From assembly GCF_039654945.1 (NCBI RefSeq), contig NW_027361982.1:6014001-6078000 (forward strand): a DNA stretch of 64,000 nt, given 5' to 3'. The position numbers were made by a program, and so were the translations under genes. The notes beneath the pieces were generated by a model, which saw only the letters and a program-made list of their open reading frames with translations, was not told the DNA's origin and made no database searches. The DNA comes from Dendrobates tinctorius. Its lineage: Eukaryota. Shown one piece after another: positions 1-13,900 of this stretch (position 1 is the stretch's first letter; each line of letters starts with the position of its first letter).

Positions 1-539
1 CCAGAACAGCAACAGCTTGTATAGAGGGGCCTTATTGGGGTCCCTCTGGCCTTGTCTGATAATACGGCCCCTTAAAGGGGTTTCCCCAAAAATGAAAGTT
101 GTCCCCTATTTCTTTGACAATCGATCAGTGATGATTGACCACTGGGACCCCTAGAGATCCTGAGCACAGGACTCAATGTCACGGGGGCTGCACATGCTCA
201 GCCTCTGCACCCTTCGTCTATGGGACCCCGGCGATAGTGGAGGGCAGCGCTAAGCTCGGCTCCTACTCTATGTCCTCGGGATCTCTGGGGTCCCAGAAAT
301 CTGAATATGGATGGGGGTGCGATAACTTCTGATTCTGAGAATATCAGTCCTGGACTGGACAATATGGGGGCTGCCTGGACTGGGCCCTGAGGAGTGTGGG
401 ACACAAGAGACAATGACATATTACATGTATATGTTGCTCTTTTTCTGTGTAATTGTCATTTTGTGATTATTTCATTTCAGAGTCTGAGAAATAACAGAAA
501 ACAGAAACTTGTCTCCTAGTGATAAAAGAAATGACTGGG

Positions 540-880
540 GGCTGCAGAGCGCGCCCACACTAAAGATGGCGCCGACTCACCGCTGCCAGGAGCTTATAAA
601 CAAAACTTTATTGTTCCATACAAGTAGACCACATGTATATTTTTTTTTTTTATAACTTTATTGTTCACTTCCGGTAACAAGATTCCAGCATGGCGACCTC
701 CAAGCCTCCGAAGCGGGTGAGACCCACATGTAGACATTACCGGTATTGGGGCTGTGACGCTCCCGGGACTCGTGGGGATCAGCTCCTGCGTGACCTGGGA
801 TGCTGGGACTTGTAGTGTCCCCAGTGCTGCACCTCACAGAGGCTGCTCCTATGAACTACTGCTCCCAGCATTGCCTGAGC
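540..880. promoter_or_regulatory. WDR46 housekeeping-type promoter, probably bidirectional
   Basis: YY1 motif AAGATGGCG at 563-571, ETS/GABP ACTTCCGGT at 667-675, ZNF143/SBS-like TGCTGGGACTTGTAGT at 801-816 and GAACTACTGCTCCCAGCA near 853. Minus-strand donor GCG|GTGAGT at 581/580. Confidence 0.6.
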
Positions 881-3800
881 ACCCTGGGAGTGGTGGTCCT
901 GCAGCTGAGCAGCCTGTACAGTGCGGGTATGATAGGGGTCACACACAGAGGACAGGACGGGGCCACAGTGTGAATATCAAGTGGCCCTTGGAGTTTATCA
1001 TGTGCCTCTAGTACTAGAGATGCCAGCAGCATCGCTGAGCACGACTCCACTAATGTGCAGCGGTAATGACAGCGCATCATAGGGAAATGACAATGCGGGC
1101 GGCTGGCGGAGCGGCCAGCGATGGCGTCTTCAGACAGGACAGAAAGAAAAGCCATAAACCTCTCACCGGTCAGAGATCAGATTTCCCAATAGTACAAGAG
1201 AGTATACAGCCGATTAATTCCGTGAGGTAGAACATTTCTCTGCCTGTTTTTAACCCCTTCACCCCCAAGGGTGGTTTGCACGTTCATGACCGGGACAATT
1301 TTTACAATTCTGACCACTGTCCTTTTATGAGGTAATAACTCTGGAACGCTTCCATGGATCCCGGTGATTCTGACATTGTTTTCTCGTGACAAATTGTACT
1401 TCATGTTAGTGGTAAAATTTCATTCAAATAACTTGCGTTTATTTGTGAAAAAAATGGAAATTTGGCAAAAATTTTGAAAATTTCGCAATTTTCCAACTTT
1501 GAATTTTTATGCCCTTAAATCACAGAGATACGGCACACAAAAAACTTGGTAACTAACATTTCCCACATGTTTACTTTACATCAGCACAATTTTGGAACCA
1601 AAATTTTTTTTTGTTAGGAAGTTATAAGGGTTAAAAGTTGACCAGCGATTTCTCATTTTTACAACACCATTTTATTTTTAGGACCACATCACATTTGAAG
1701 CCACTTTGAGGGGTCTATATGATAGAAAATACCCAAAAGTGACACCATTCTAAAAACTGCACCCCTTAAGGTGCTCAAAACCACATTCAAGAAGTTTATT
1801 AACCCATTAGGTGCGTCACAGGAATTTTTTTGAATATTTAAAAAGAAATGAACATCTAACTTTTTTTCACAAAAAAAATACTTCAGGTTCAATTTTTTTA
1901 TTTTACCAAGGGTAACAGGAGAAATTGGACTGCAAAAGTTATTGTGCAATTTGTCCTGAGTACGCTGATACCTGATTCGTGGGGGGGAACAACTGTTTCG
2001 GCGCATGGCAGAGCTCAGAATGGAAGGAGCGCTGTTTGACTTTTTCAATGCAAAATTGGCTGGAATTCAGATCGGACACCATGTCACGTTTGGAGAGTCC
2101 CTGATGTACCTAAACAGTGGAAACCCCCTACAAGTGACCCATTTTGGAAACTAGACCCCCTAAGGAACTTATCTAGATGTGTGGTGAGAACTTTGAACCC
2201 CCATGGACTTCACAGAAGTTTATAACATAAAGCCATACAATTAAAAAATCATATTTTTTCCACAAAAATGATCTTTTCACCCTCAATTCTTATTTTTCCA
2301 AGGGTAACAGGACCCTAAAAGTTATTGTGCAATTTGTCCTGAGTACGCTGATACCCCACATGTGGGGGTAAACCACTATTTGGGCGCATGGCAGAGCTCG
2401 GAAGGGAAGCAGCGCCATTTGACGTTTTTGGCTGGAATTGAGATCGGACACCATGTCGCGTTTGGAAAACCCCTGATGTACCAAAACAGTGGAAATCCCC
2501 CACAAATGACACCATTTTGGAAACTAGACCCCCTAAGGAACTTATCTAGATGTGTGGTGAGAACTTTGAACCCCCATGGGCTTCACAGAAGTTTATAACA
2601 TAAAGCCATACAATTAAAAAAATCATATTTTTTCCACAAAAATGATCTTTTCACCCTCAATTCTTATTTTTCCAAGGGTAACAGGACCGTAAAAGTTATT
2701 GTGCAATTTGTTCTGAGTACGCTGATACCCCACATGTGGGGGTAAACCACTATTTGGGCGCATGGCAGAGCTCGGAAGGGAAGCAGCGCCATTTGACGTT
2801 TTTGGCTGGAATTGAGATCGGACACCATGTCGCGTTTGGAAAACTCCTGATGTACCAAAACAGTGCAAACCCCCCACAAATGACACCATTTTGGAAACTA
2901 GACCCCCTAAGGAACTTATCTAGATGTGTGGTGAGCACTTTGACCCCCCCAGTGCTTCACAGAAGTTTATAATGCCCGGGCGTGAAAATAAATAATTCGT
3001 ATTTTTTCCACAAACATGATCTTTTAGTCACCATTTTTTTATTTTCCCAAGGGTACCAGGAGAAATTGGACCCCAAAAGTTGTTGTCCAATTTGTCCTGA
3101 GTATGCTGATACCCCATATGTGGGAGAAAACTACTGTATGGGCACACGTCGGGGCTCGGAAGGGAAGTAGTGACGTTTTGGAATGCAGACTTTGATGGAA
3201 TGGTCTGCGGGTGTCATGTTGCCTTTGGAGAGCCCCTAATGTACCTAAACAGTGGAAACCCCCCACAAATGACCCCATTTTGAAAACTGGACCCACTAAG
3301 GAACTTATCTAGATGTGAGGTGAGCACTTTGAACCCCCAAGGGCTTCACTGAAGTTTATAATGCCAGGGCATGAAAATAAAAAAATCGTATTTTTTCCAG
3401 AAACATGATCAATTAGTCCCCAATTTTTTCATTTTCCCAAGGGTAACAGGAGAAATTGGACCCCAAAAGTTGTTGTCCAATTTGGCCTGAGTACGCTGAC
3501 ACCCCATATGTGGGAAAAAAACACTGTATGGACACACGTCGGGGCTCAGAAGGGAAGCAGTGACGTTTTGGAATGCAGACTTTGATGGAATGGTCTGCGG
3601 GTGTCATGTGCGTTTGGAGAGCCACTGATGTACCTAAACTATTGAAACTCCCCACAAGTGACCCCATTTTGGACATTAGACCCCCCACGGAACTTATCTA
3701 GATGTGTGGTGAGCACTTTGAACCCCCAAGTGTTTCACAGAAGTTTATAACACTCGGACGTGAAAATAAAAAAATCATTTTTTTCCACAAAAATGATATT

Positions 3801-6800
3801 TTTGCCCCCAATTTTTTATTTTCCTAAGGGTAACAGGAGATATTGGACCCCAAAAATTGTTTTGCAATTTGTCCTGAGTAGGCTGATACCCTACATGTGG
3901 GGGTAAAACACTGTTTGGGCGCATGGCAGAGCTTGGAAGGGAAGGAGCACCATTTGACTTTTTCAACTCAGAATTGGCTGGAATTGAGATCAGACGCCAT
4001 GTTGCATTTGGAGAGCCCCTGATGTGCCCAAACAGTGGAAACCCCCAATTATAACTCCAACCCTAACCCCAACACACCCCTAACCCTAATATGAGCCCTA
4101 ACCCTAGCCCTAGCCCTAACCCTAACCCTAAGGCTGTGTGCACATGCTGCGGATTTTGCTGCGGTTCCGCAGCGGTTTTGGCTGCTGCGGACCCGCAGCA
4201 GCTTCTGCTGCGGTGTACAGTACCATGATTCCCTATGGGAATCAAAAACCGCAGTGCAGATGGTGCGGAATTTTCCGCGCGGATTATCTGCGGTTTTCAA
4301 TCCGCAGAAAGAATTGACATGTCAATTCTTTCTGCGGATTCTCCTGCGGTTTGCCATCTCCTTAATTGAGGAGATGAAAAACCGCAGGACAAAACCGCAG
4401 AGCAATCCGCAAGTAAAACCGCAGGTCTTTTGACCTGCGGTTTCACCTGCGGATTTTACAAAATCCGCGCGGATGAATCCGCACCTAATCCGCAGCGTGT
4501 GCACACAGCCTTACCCTAACGGGAAAATGGAGATAAATACTTTTTTTTTAGTTTTATTATTTTTCCCTAACTAAGGGGGTGATAACGGGGGGTTTGACTT
4601 ACTATTTATGGCGGTTTTTATGTTTGGCGGCTGTCACACGCTAAAAGACGCTTTTTATTGTAAAATAGTTTTTGCATCACCACATTTTGAGAGCTATAAT
4701 TTTTCCGTATTTTGACCCACTGAGTCATGTGAGGTCTTATTTTTTGAGGGACGAGTTGACGTTTTTATTGGTACCATTTTCGGGCACGTGACATTTTTTG
4801 ATCGCTTTTTATTCCTATTTTTGGGACGCAGAATGAACAAAAACCAGCGTTTCATGAATTTCTTTTGGGGGGGTGCGTTTACACCGTTCCGCGTGCGGTA
4901 AAATTGATAAAGCGGTTTTATTCTTCGGGTCAGTACGGTTACAGCGATACCTCATTTAGGTAGTTTTTTTATGTTTTTGTCGGTTTTATGCAATGAAAAC
5001 TATTTTATATAAAAAATAATTATTTTTGCATCGCTTTATTCTGTGAGCTATAACTTTTTTATTTTTTCGCTGATGATGCTGTGTGGCGGCTCGTTTTTTG
5101 CGGGACAAGATGACGTTTTCAGCGGTACCATGGATATTTATATGCGTCTTTTTGATCGCGCGTTATTACACTTTTTGTTTGGCGGTATGAAAATAAATCA
5201 TTATTTTTTGCTTCGTTTTTTATTTTTATTTTTTAAGGGGTTCGCTAAAAGGGTTAACTAATGGGACAGTTTTATAGGGTGGGTCATTACGGACGCGGCG
5301 ATACCTAATATGTGTACTTTTATTGTTTTTTTTTATTATTTCCAAAAAATGGATTTATTGAGGGAATTTTTTTTTAATTTATTTTTACATTTTTTTTAAT
5401 TTTTTTTTTACTTTATTACATAGTCCCAGGTGGGACATCGCTGATCTGTCACATCACAGATCACTGTGACAGATCAGCAATCTGTCACAGGCATTGAAGA
5501 AGACCCACAAAGCTCTCCACAGTGCGGCACCCCCTTACATCTCCTCCCTCATTTCTGTCTATCGGCCTAACCGACCGCTGCGCTCTGCAAATGACTTTCG
5601 ACTAACCTCTGCCCTAATCCGTACCTCCCACTCCCGACTCCAAGACTTCTCCCGTGCTGCGCCAATCCTCTGGAATGCTCTACCCCAAGATATTAGGATC
5701 ATCCACAATTTGCATAGTTTTAGGCGCTCGCTCAAAACGCATTTGTTCAGAGCGGCCTATCACATTCAGTAATCAAAGTCATGTTATGTTTGTGTGTGTG
5801 TAGCCCATTCACTATCTCCATCTAACCCCCACCCCCTGAAGATGGCTGGACCGTCATTGTAAATACATCATTCTAAATACAAACCTATGCTTTGTATCTC
5901 CCCCACCTCATTGTAGATTGTAAGCTCCACAAGCAGGGTCGTCTTATTTCGCTTTAATTATTGTATTGTTAACGTTGTTACTTATGACTGTTGTGTTTGA
6001 AACTGTTCAACTGTAAAGCGCTGCGGAATATGTTGGCGCTATATAAATAAAGATTATTATTATTATTATTATTACTTCCTCTTGCCTGCGCTTTGCAGGC
6101 ACTGAGGAAGCCAACTTCCTCAGGTCCCCGAAGGCCCCCGTCGCCATCTTGGATTCGGGGGCCTGGAGGATAGGAGCCCCCCGCAGCAGCGCTGCACATT
6201 GCGCTGCCGTGGGGGGCTCAGGGAAGCACGGAGGGAGCCCCCTCCCTGCCGATGCTTCCCTTTAACTCCCGGTACACCGCGATCATGTTTGATCGCGGTG
6301 TGCAAGGGGTTAATGTATCGGGGGCGGTCCGTGACCGCCCCTGACACATAGTGCCGGGTGTCAGCTGTGATAATCAGCTGACACCCGGCCGCGATCAGCG
6401 GCGCTCACCACGTGGGCGCCGCTGATCGCGGTAGACGTACTATCCCGTCCACGGTCATACGGGCCCGGGTACCGTGGACGGGATAGTACGTCGGATGTCA
6501 GGAAGGGGTTAAACAATGTTTTACTTGAAAGAATCAGGTGTGACCCTATGCTGTCCTGTCTGTATTCTCTCTTTTGCTTCCTCCGCTGCCCAGGAGATGT
6601 GGTATGATCAGACCATGGTCCTGTACGGTCAGACATGGCCATTACACAGCAGGGGCACATTTATAAGATTATCTCAGCAAAGGAATAATAATAATAATAA
6701 TTTTTATTTATATAGCGCCAACATATTCCGCAGAACTTTACAATTAAGCGGGGACATGTACAGACAAATTCAATACAAGTTAAGGCAATTTAAACAGAGA

Positions 6801-9800
6801 CATTAGGACTGAGGTCCCTTCTTACAATCTACAAGGAAATGGGGGGGACACAGTAGGTGAAAAGTGCTTGTTATTTCAGGTCTGGCAATTATAATAAACT
6901 AGAGGTGTGCCCGATGTTATCGCATCGGGAGGGAAGTGTGAGTACGTGTGTATGTGAGTATGTATGAGTATACGTGTGTATGTGAGTAGAGGCGGTGGGG
7001 GGGTCCTGGCAGCGGCCAGTCGGAAGGAAAGACCGCGGCTTGCAGCCTGTGCACAGGCCGCGGTCTTTCCTGCCAGCTGTGACGGAGGTGGGTGGGAGGG
7101 CAGCGGCGGGGGGTCCTGGCGGCAGTCAGCTGGCAGGAAAGACCGCGGCTTGCGGCCTGTGCACAGGCCGCAAGCCGCGGTCTTTCCTGCCGGCTGTAAC
7201 GGAGGTGGGTGGGAGGGTAGCTGTGGGGGGATCCTGGTGGCAGCCAGCAAGCCGCGGTCTTTCCTGCCGGCTGTGACGGAGGTGGGTAGGCAGGCAGTGA
7301 CGAGGGGGGTCCATCGGCGGCGGGGGGGGGTCCCAGCGGTGTCCCGCTGGTGGTCCTGGTACCACCAGTGGGTGCCATATTGGAATACCCATCACTGGGG
7401 GTATTTCAATATGGTGGTCGGCACGGTGGGATTCGGGGACATCCAGACGGAAGTGGATGACAGACAATTTAAGGTAAAAAAATATATATATATATATGGA
7501 TTTTCATATAAAGCTGCATGATCTGGTCATCAGCCCGTGTGTTTAAGTGCAATAGTCAAGTATTAAGTGCAGTTATCGTGTGCATGGAGGGTGGAGACAG
7601 ATGAATACTAGGGTGCAGATTCAGAATAATATTTGGGAGGAGGGAACAGGGCAAAGTTAGTTTACTGAGTAGTTGATGTGTGGTAGGCTTGTTTGAAGAG
7701 ATGGATTTTCAAAGCGCGCTTTTGTTAGGTCGGGGCTAGGCATCAGTCTGATCGTCTGGGGAAGTGCATTCCAGAGAACTGGCGCAGCACGAGAGAAGTC
7801 TTGGAGACGGAGGTGCGAGGTTCGGATTAAGGGGGATGTTAGTCTTTGGTCATTTGTAGAACGGAGGGCACGTGTAGGGCGATAGACAGAGATGAGAGAG
7901 GAGATATAAGGCTATGGAGAGCTTTGTGGGTGAGAGAGATGAGTTTATACTGGACCCTGTAGCGAATAGGTAGCCAGTGTAATGACTGGCACAAGATGGA
8001 GGCATCGGTGAAGCGGCTGGACAGAAACATGACCCTGGCTGCCGCATTCAAGATGGACTGGAGAGGAGAAAGTTTGGTAAGAGGGAGACCGATCAGAAGA
8101 GAGTTGCAGTAGTCCAGACGAGAATGAATACGAGCGACAGTAAGAGTCTTAGCAGTTTCAAAGGTGAGAAAAGGTCGGATTCTGGAGATGTTTTTAAGAT
8201 GCAGGAGACAAGAGCGAGTGAATGATCGGATATAGGGAGTAAAGGAAAGTTCTGTATCGAATATGACCCCAAGACAGCGGGCATGCTGCTTGGGAGTTAT
8301 GGTTGAACCCTCCAGGGTTATTTCGATGTTCGGTAGAGTGAGTTTAGTAGAGGGGAGAAACACAAGAAGTTCAGTTTTGGAGGGATTTAGTTTCAGATAG
8401 TGGGAGGACATGATGTTAGAGACAGCAGACAGACAATCCTTGGTATTTTGAATTAGGGTAGGGGTGATGTCAGGGGAAGGAAGTGTATAATTGGGTGTCA
8501 TCAGCATAGAGATGATACTGGAACCCAAATCTGCTGATTGTTTGCCCAATAGGGGCAGTGTATAGAGAGAAGAGGAGGGAGCCTAGGACTGAGCCCTGCG
8601 GGACCCCGATAGTAAGGGGACGAGGAGAGGAAGAGGAGCCAGCAAAAGATACAGTGAAGGAGCAGTCAGAGAGGTAGGAGGAGAACCAGGAGAGGGCTGT
8701 TTCCTTGAGGCCTATAGAGCGGAGCATAGTGAGGAGGAGCTGGTGATCCACAGTGTCGAATGCTGCAGAGAGATCCAGGAGAATCAGCAAGGAGCAATGA
8801 CGTTTCGATTTAGCTGTTATTAGATCATTAGAGACTTTAGTGAGGGCAGTTTCAGTAGAGTGTAAATAGCGGAAACCAGATTGTAAGGGGTCGAGGAGAG
8901 AGTTATCCGAGAGATAGCGGATTAGATGGGAGTGGACCAAGCGTTCCAAGAGTTTAGAGATGAAGGAAAGGTTAGAGACAGGTCTGTAGTTAGCAGTGCA
9001 GTTCTGGTCCAGGGATGGCTTTTTAAGTAAAGGGGTTATGATGGCATGTTTAAATGAGGAGGGAAATATACCTGAAGAGAGAGAGAGGTTAAATATTTTA
9101 GTCAGGTGAGTGGTGACCACTGGTGAGAGAGACTGCAGGAGCTGTGAAGGAATAGGGTCACTGTTGCAGGTTGTAGGCCGAGCAGAAGCGAGGAGCTTGG
9201 AAACTTCTTCTTCTGAAACAGGCTCAAAGATGTCTAGTGAGCTTGAGGTGCGGCAGGGAAGGGGATCCAGGCACTGAGGAGATAGGGCTGAGATATCCTG
9301 ATGGATGTGGTTGATTTTTTCTAGGAAATAAGTGACCAGATCCTCACCGCTGAGGTTGGTGGTGGGGGCCTGTACTTTAGGATTCAGGAGGGAGTTTAAG
9401 GTTTCAAAAAGTCGTTTTGGGTTGTTGGATAGTGAGGTGATGAGGGTGGTCAAGAAAGATTGTTTGGCCAGATGAAGGGCAGAGTTATAGGTTTCGAGCA
9501 AGGAACATTTTATTTACACACATCAAACCCTGGAAATTATTATTATTCCAAGATCTATTGATTAAAATTAACTTTGTTCGTGTGCAAACCCCTTTAAGTT
9601 GTCTGTTCATTCCATGTATTTCATGCTGAGGTATATGTTTATACGTGTGTGTAATTATATGTCATGCACATACATTTGAGTATTTATTCTGCTCATCTTA
9701 TGTCACATTATCTTTCACAGCACATTTTGCACTTTGGACTGCACTATATACAATAAATTCTGATTTTTTTTTTGAAGATTAGAGCTGGATTTTCTCTACA

Positions 9801-10925
9801 TAGATTATGGGGGAGTGGGATCTTATCTGAGCACCTGGCGTACCTTAGAGTATTATGTTTATTTCCCTGCCAGTCATTGAATGGTTAATTGGGTGATTCC
9901 TACTGGAAACCAGTTCTCAAAAGCAAACCGCACTATTAATCACTGATCGCCCTGAATCTGAAAGCTCTGTGTAATAATCCATTCAAATAATTTGCTGATC
10001 ATGTGAGCAGCTCTGCGTCCCTCTGTTCCTCCTGGAAATGTATGAACCATCCAGTTATCATTAGTGGAGAAAAAAATGCAATCTCAACTGTACAGAATAT
10101 TATAAATCTGCAAAAAAAATACTCAGAAATATATTTGTTATTAAAGGTGATTAAAAAGATTTGCAGAACCGCAGTCCATCCGCCATGTTAGTAGCACATG
10201 ACCACCTAGAGCGAAGTTCTGCAGACGGCCAGCTTCCCCCGCAGACAGACAGCCCGGGGTCACTACTGACATGATGTCACTGCAGGGTTCTGGTAGCCAC
10301 ATACTACTGATGTGACCACTGGTTCACTGTCGAGAATCTTATTGATTATCTCTAATATAGTACAGATTATTTGTGTATAATTAGTGTGGAACTATAAAAG
10401 CCCAGCAATCTACCTGCCCTAAAGTCAGTGAGATACAGCTCGAATACTGAGGTATAAACCTCTGACCTGTCTGCCTTTTTACAGAAAATACAGCGGTATT
10501 ACGAGCAAGAAGGAGAGAAGAAGCCGTCACGAGAACAGAAGAAGAAAGAGGACAGGAAGGTGGTGAACGAGAGAACGAGGCGAGAGCCATGGAAGAAGAA
10601 GTATCAGCAGAAGAAAGACTTCATCTCAGGGGCGAGTATCTACAGCTGACCTGTCTGAGTCCGGCACCAATATGACCTGACATTATTACGCTGTCTCCCT
10701 ACATCTCACATTATTAGACGGCGTTTTCGTTAAAAGGCATTTGTGCTGTAATTATAGAAAACTGATGACGTACAGATAGAAAATGGATAAAGTGGCCTCA
10801 ACCTGGAAATGATGAGAAATGTGATTAGTCAGCAGTGTGCAATGGGTGATACCAGAGAGAAAACAACCATTCTGAGTGCAGCTGCCACAATGCTGCACAG
10901 ACACACCAGGGATTTTTTTTGGTGA

Positions 10926-10960
<35 letters not shown>

Positions 10961-13900
10961 ATGTATGTGCCGGCAGAGAGGGGGGACAACGGTCACTGAC
11001 AAGGCGAGAACGATGGCACTTCTCTCCTTCCTCCCCCTAGTAAGCCATATTACAGTGTTTCATATAGTAATATTCACTGGAGATTTACAAAAAAAAAAGA
11101 AAAAAACAGCAGGTGTGTTTACATTTTAGGTAATTGTCTGTGTCTGAAGTTGCCCTTCCATGTCAGATAAGGGGGTCTGGGTGCTGGGGCTGCCACTAGT
11201 TGCTTCTGTGTTTGCCTCTGCTCAGCTGCCACATACAGGCAGGTTTAAAGGTGTCCGGACCTATAAAGTACATAACCCATACTCTGCTCGGCCCACTGAT
11301 GATCAGTGTAATGTAACTGAAGGGGGACAATATTCAAGTAGTCAGGGGGGGGTCTCAGTACCTGGACCCTCACAAGTCCAAGCTCGTGACGTGAGAAGTT
11401 TTCTAAAGTTAGAGGCACACTGTAACTCTTTCTCGCTTTACTTCTCATAACCTTTTTCTACTATTTCAGGCAGAGGATCCCTTTCCCGGTCTCCCCCCTG
11501 TGCCAGAAGACCAATTATCAAAATATGAAAGAGCGAGGAAAGCCGAGGAGGTGGGTGATTGTGGAGAGGAGGAGGAGAGCTCCTGCCGTCACAAGGGCTG
11601 GAAATTTGGGAAACTGAGCAGGAATGTGTTTCTGTATCAGTAACCCCCGCTTGTGGCGATCACGGCTCTCTGCCTACGGTATTACACATTGGTGCATTGT
11701 ACTCTGATTTGTCCTCACTATTAACCCTGTGTGCTCCAGGAGATGCATACTTTCAAAAGTGTACATAGGCATTTGAGGAAAGAAGAGAACAAGGTGCAGA
11801 ATGCGCTGAGCCAGGCGGCGAAACACGACCTGTTACTGCCGGAAGAGGCCGGGTGAGACACAGACTTCAAGTTACTAATGTTTCTGTCCAGTATTTGTGG
11901 CTGACAGCTGACCGGATTGTGTCTGCAGAGGCTTTTATTTTTGCGCTGTCTTGATTATTTTTTTCCTGATCTACTCATTGCTCAGTATAATGATTCTGGT
12001 GCTTGCTCTGGAGTCAGCAACATGCTGGTATGTTCACTGAATGTGAGCTTTGTCTCCACATAGCAGCATTACAGCAGACCGTTTTTGCAGCAATATTGCT
12101 AGATCTCACATCATCAGATTATGCAGATTCTGTGCAGATTTGCTTGTGGATGTCACTATACTCCCCGGCCCTCGTGCTTCTATGGGATTGTTTCTGTAGT
12201 TCCCGCTCCATTTTTGTACTTGTGATGTGCCTACCACCTGTGACTAACTGCAGTGGTCACATGACACAACTACATTGTAGGAGACTAATGGGATTCAACT
12301 ACAGGACATTTTTATAGGATGTGACTGTCGGCTGGATGCACGGAGGTATCTTGTTATGGGAGACAATCTGCTGCCGGACTCCTCTGTTCAGGATCATCAT
12401 GGCGTCTGTAGTCAGCTCCTTGTCTTGTAATGCTGGTTATTGCCAATTCTCAGATTTCTGGAAGGTGATGAAGGAGAGGACACGAGCACGATCACCCAGC
12501 AGGACATAGCAGATGTGGTGGACATAACGAGTGCGTCGAAGGTGAGGATCCGACCCGCATCACCGCTGCTGCTGCCTCTTAGTGGTTTATTGCACCCCCT
12601 TCTCACATATTCCTCTTTTTCATTTGCAGCATTTCACCCTCAGCCTGAATCAATTTGGTCCTTACAGAGTGAACTACTCCCGGAACGGAAGGTGAGCGGC
12701 TACTGACTACGACTCTCATTCTCCTACATCGGTTCCTGTATGTTCTGTCATTACTCCTGTCCTCCATCCCTCAGGCATCTCCTCCTGGCTGGGCAGCGGG
12801 GTCACGTCGCCTCCATGGATTGGCATACCAAGAAACTCCTCTGTGAGATGAATGTAATGGAAACGGTCAACGACGTCAGGTGATTCCTCCGGGTCTGGAG
12901 CCTGTGTCATTTTGCCACCATTACAGACAGTATGGTGATGGGCAGCAACGCAGGAATTGCAAGAAAAACATAGGAGGGACTTCAGTTCTCTAGTGAAAAA
13001 TACACTGCAAGAAATTCTGTGACCATTGCACATGTCCCATCCCAACAGAAATGAGTGTTATACCCTCCATTTTTAGTGATTAGTGGGATCCCAGCAGTAA
13101 GACCCCCATAAATCAGACATACATGGATTATGAGCCTTCACCAATATATATTACAGTGCACAAAACACTCAGCGAAACTGCGGCATTGTGCGAATGGTGA
13201 CCCATAAAGATCTATGGCAGAAGCACTGGATGTGGAGTCTTTATCTGTGGTAGATGATTGATGGTGGCCCCCAATAATTAGGTTATAGCGTACCCCAGTC
13301 ATATGTCTCTATAAACCCCCGGTGATTGTCTCCCCTGGTGCTGGTTGGCGGTCCCCTCGGGTTTGGCTTGTCCTTTCCTTAGTTTTGTGTCTGCTCCTCT
13401 CAGGTGGCTGCACTCTCACACCATGTTTGCCGTGGCTCAGAAGAAGTGGCTGTACATCTACGACAACCTCGGCGTGGAGCTGCACTGCATCAAGAAGTTC
13501 AATGACGTCTTACGTATGGAGTTCCTCCCGTATCACTTCCTGCTGGCGACTTGTGTCAGTATAAGACTTTCCTTCACTTCATCCTTTATGTTCTTTACAC
13601 TTTAGGGTGTTTGATGCAATTATCTGTAGATTATTTTTATTTTTGTTATCACTTTGTTTTCAATGTTTTCTTGCTGTCATTGAATGAAGACAGTTATTGT
13701 CTATATTCAGAGACTAAAGGTACTGTCACACTTAGCGATGTACCAGCGATCCCGACCAGCGATATGACGCGGTCAGGATCGCTGGTGCATCGCTGAGTGG
13801 TCGCTAGTGAGCTGCCACACAGGCAGATTTCACCAGCGACATCGCTGGGGACGGGGGTCGCTACTTACCTGTCACACTAGGCGATCCTGCGTCCTCCCGC

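Larger units (their letters stand above)
1254..6508. mobile_element. Non-autonomous TTAA-targeting piggyBac-like DNA transposon (copy 1) in WDR46 intron 1
   Basis: TTAA|CCCCTTC ... GAAGGGG|TTAA termini (TTAA at 1250-1253 and 6509-6512). Internal ~375-390 bp tandem units, degenerate CCCTAA repeats, no transposase. Colinear with copy 2 at 50273-60768. Confidence 0.8.

Noticed and set aside
126-166. TGATGA..CTGA box C/D-like pair
   Set aside because: Too short for a snoRNA, no terminal stem, and inside a TTAA-AGGGG MITE-like remnant.
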